Shown: positions 61,691 through 64,000 of the stretch, piece after piece
How the letters are laid out: every line of letters starts with the position of its first letter
Position numbering within the stretch: the stretch's first letter is position 1
Origin: Alphaproteobacteria bacterium
GTDB lineage: Bacteria > Pseudomonadota > Alphaproteobacteria > SP197
Assembly: GCA_964291265.2 (NCBI GenBank)
Contig: OZ219747.1
Location: 896,001-960,000, forward strand
DNA length: 64,000 bases
Reading direction: 5' to 3'
The notes under the pieces: generated by a model
The model's database searches: none
What the model saw: the letters and a program-made list of their open reading frames with translations, nothing else
Told to the model about the DNA's origin: nothing
Made by a program: the position numbers and the translations under genes

Positions 61691-62725
61691 GCCGGCACGC
61701 CGGTACCATCGAGACCGAGGTAGAGGGTGGGGGTATCGCCGAACTCGGGTTCGATGACGCGGTGTTCGTCGCCTGCTCTCTCACGTCCGAGAGCCTCGGC
61801 GTGGCGTTCCACCGTCTTCGGTGCGACGGCGAGGCCGGCCAACTCGCGCAACAGGGCGCTGGAGCCCTCGAAGCTGATCCTGGCGGCAGCGATGCCGATC
61901 ATGCGCAGCGACGCCGGCGACAGGAAGGTGTTCTCCATGCCAAGAGCGCGGTCGCGCGGGCTGAAGCCTGAGTGACAGCCGTCGCAGTGATACCAGGCCC
62001 GTTCCAGCGTCATCGGGCCCAAGGCGGTGATGAAGGTCTTGGGCCGGCGGCCGGCGAAGCGAGCTTTGCCGCCGCACCCGCACAGGCAGGGGCCCTGATC
62101 GTCGGAATGATCGGCGTTGAGCTTCGCGGCGACCGCCTGCCCCATGATCTGCCATGCCACCCGCCGGGCCTCAGTCTCGATCGCCTGGAAGTCGTCAAGC
62201 ACGCCGACACCGATCAGGCTCGCCGCTTCGCTGACGATCTCGTGGCGGACTTCCGGTTCGAGCGCCGCGACGAAGTGTTTTTTGGAATCGCCTTGATGGC
62301 GTCGAGTTGTGCGTCGCACATCCGGGTGCTGACCTCGAACAGTTCACGCATAAGAGCACGGGCGCGCTGATACTCGGCAATCTGCGCCTGGGTTTCCTCG
62401 ACCGCCTCGGCGGGGATGATCCGGGTTTGGGTCTTGCCCTCGACAGACCAGGTCAACGACCAGCTCGGTCCGTGACCGGGGTCTCCCTGGGCGGCACAGT
62501 GGCAGGTGGGCTTGCCGCACTTGCGGAAACGCGGCGTCAGCGAGCCGGGGCGCAGGTCGCCAAGGTCGGCAAGCTGGTTCTGGATGTCGCGGCGCCTGAG
62601 GTTGAGCTCGGACAATTCGGGGGGGCAGTGTCATCGGGGCCTCCATACTGACTGCCTAATACACTGTCAGAACAATACCTAAAAACGACCGCAGACCGCA
62701 CGCTTTGTTCAAATCTCACAATCCC
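61690..62725 (-). mobile_element. ISKra4 family element, 3' truncated (DUF6788 ORF 62214-62615 plus transposase 61690-62290)
   Basis: RPGSL..RKCGKPTCHC..GHGP; CLCGCGG..LERAWYHCDGC..YLGLDGTGVP; left end GGGATTGTGAGATTTGAAC. Confidence 0.85.
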
Positions 62726-63285
62726 GACGTACACCCGACGCCGATCCGCCGCTTGAGGGCTGCAATGAGATCTTCGAGATTCTGCGTGCGATGTCCTTCT
62801 ACAACAACTTCATTGACCATTACGAGAACCGGCCCGAGTTGCTCGGACCCAACCTGGTCGCCAACATGGAACAGGCGTTCGGCTATTCCTTCGCTGATGC
62901 AGCCTTCGCGCTGGCCCGGCAGACCCGGCTCTACCGCGATTTCCTCGACTTCATGGAGGAGTTCGACATCCTCCTGTCTCCGACCGCGGCCGTGCCGCCT
63001 TTCCCCGTCGAACAACTCTACCCGACCCACATCGACGGCGAGGAACTGAGGAGCTATTTCCACTGGCTGGGCCTCACCTACGGCGTTACCCTGACCGCGC
63101 ATCCGGCAGTGACGTTGCCATGTGGTCTCGACCCGACCGGCGCGCCCTTCGGGTTGCAGATCTCGGGCAAACGTCATGGCGACCGCCAGTTGCTCGGCGT
63201 TGCTGCGGCGCTTGAGCGCCACATGGCCGACAACCTGCCCGGCCGGCGCAGGCCGCATCCGAGACTCGTGGACCTGATGGCATAG
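62726..63285 (+). pseudogene. Amidase family protein, C-terminal part only
   Basis: FDILLSPTAAVPPF..TAHPAVTLPCGLDPTGAPFGLQISG..DRQLLGVAAALE. Confidence 0.8.
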
Positions 63286-63664
63286 CGACAGCGCCGGAAG
63301 AGGCGTCCGGGCGCCTCCCTTCGTGCCGGTCGTGCAGGCGTTGACGCGCGCTTCCCGCCGGACATGGCGCTTGTCGCGGGTTTCGCTGCCGATAACTCAT
63401 ACCAATACCGTCACCGGTACGACGAAGACCGTTGTCGGAATGCATGCGGCAGAAGGGCTCAAGCGGCGTTGCCGAACAAGAGATCGGACAATGGTCGAGG
63501 CCAGTGGTCGGCTGCCTGAAGCAGGTGTTCCCTTGCGGCCGAAACACCTGTGGGGCATGGGCAGCCCTGCCGGTCGCCACCCGAATGCCGCTTGTGATCG
63601 CAGTGTCGTCGGTGAAGGGTCTCACCCTGCCGTTCGAGCCATTGCTGCGTCCGGCTGTGCCGGC

Positions 63665-64000
63665 CTACAGCAGCGCCGTCTCGAACGGCATGTCGGAGAG
63701 GAGCTCGATGCCGTCCTCTTTCACCAGAACCTGCTGTTCGAGCTTGACGCCCTCCTTCCCCCGGGCTTGCCGGCGTAGCTTTCGATGCAGAGGACCATGC
63801 CCGCCTCGACCATGCCCTCGTGTCCTCTCTCCCCGTGGCGGGAGGCATGGAGGACGATCGGGTACTCGTTGACGAGGCCGACGCCGTGGGCGACAGCCGG
63901 TATCTGGTACTCCGAGAACCCCCCGGCAGGGCGAAGGCCCTGCCGGCGATCTCGCCGAAGGTCGTCCCTGGACGGAAGAGCTCCTGATTGCGCATCACCT
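63665..64000 (-). CDS. M24 (Xaa-Pro peptidase fold) protein C-terminus, partial, with apparent frameshifts
   Basis: AHGVGLVNEYP..GMVLCIESYAG..EGVKLEQQVLV..LLSDMPFE. Confidence 0.8.

Noticed and set aside
59931-61784. 617-aa minus-strand ORF
   Set aside because: Antisense shadow of the IS66 transposase
63665-64000. Calling the M24 protein the DMSP lyase DddP
   Set aside because: Only the C-terminal third is present; cannot be distinguished from other M24 family members

Overview
A GC-rich (probably alphaproteobacterial) window in two parts. The first ~21.8 kb is mostly host genes: LysR, a TauD/BBOX-like dioxygenase, a class V aminotransferase, a 1300-aa RTX-repeat protein, an imelysin/di-haem/DUF1513 iron cluster and hutU, interspersed with IS debris and a HigBA locus. 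From ~21.8 to 62.7 kb is a dense mobile/defence island. Junctions and target duplications reconstruct a nested structure: an IS66 carrying a methyltransferase (37436-59979) was hit by a second IS66 carrying DUF4338 (38847-59759, 8-bp TSD). Its transposase was hit by a group II intron (40055-58704). The intron was split by a 16.7-kb tandem-tyrosine-recombinase/MobF element (40305-57035, 10-bp core duplication), which itself carries an IS1595 with a BglII-like RM pair and a complete methyltransferase-IS66. The most novel-looking items are: (i) IS66 elements whose only accessory gene is an adenine methyltransferase that appears to lack a target-recognition domain and is coupled to the transposase; (ii) IS1595 transposases translationally coupled to type II RM operons, seen twice; (iii) the tandem-integrase mobilisable element, present twice with different defence cargo. 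Family assignments come from motif recognition by eye; no database search was run. Many frameshifts could be either decay or sequencing error.
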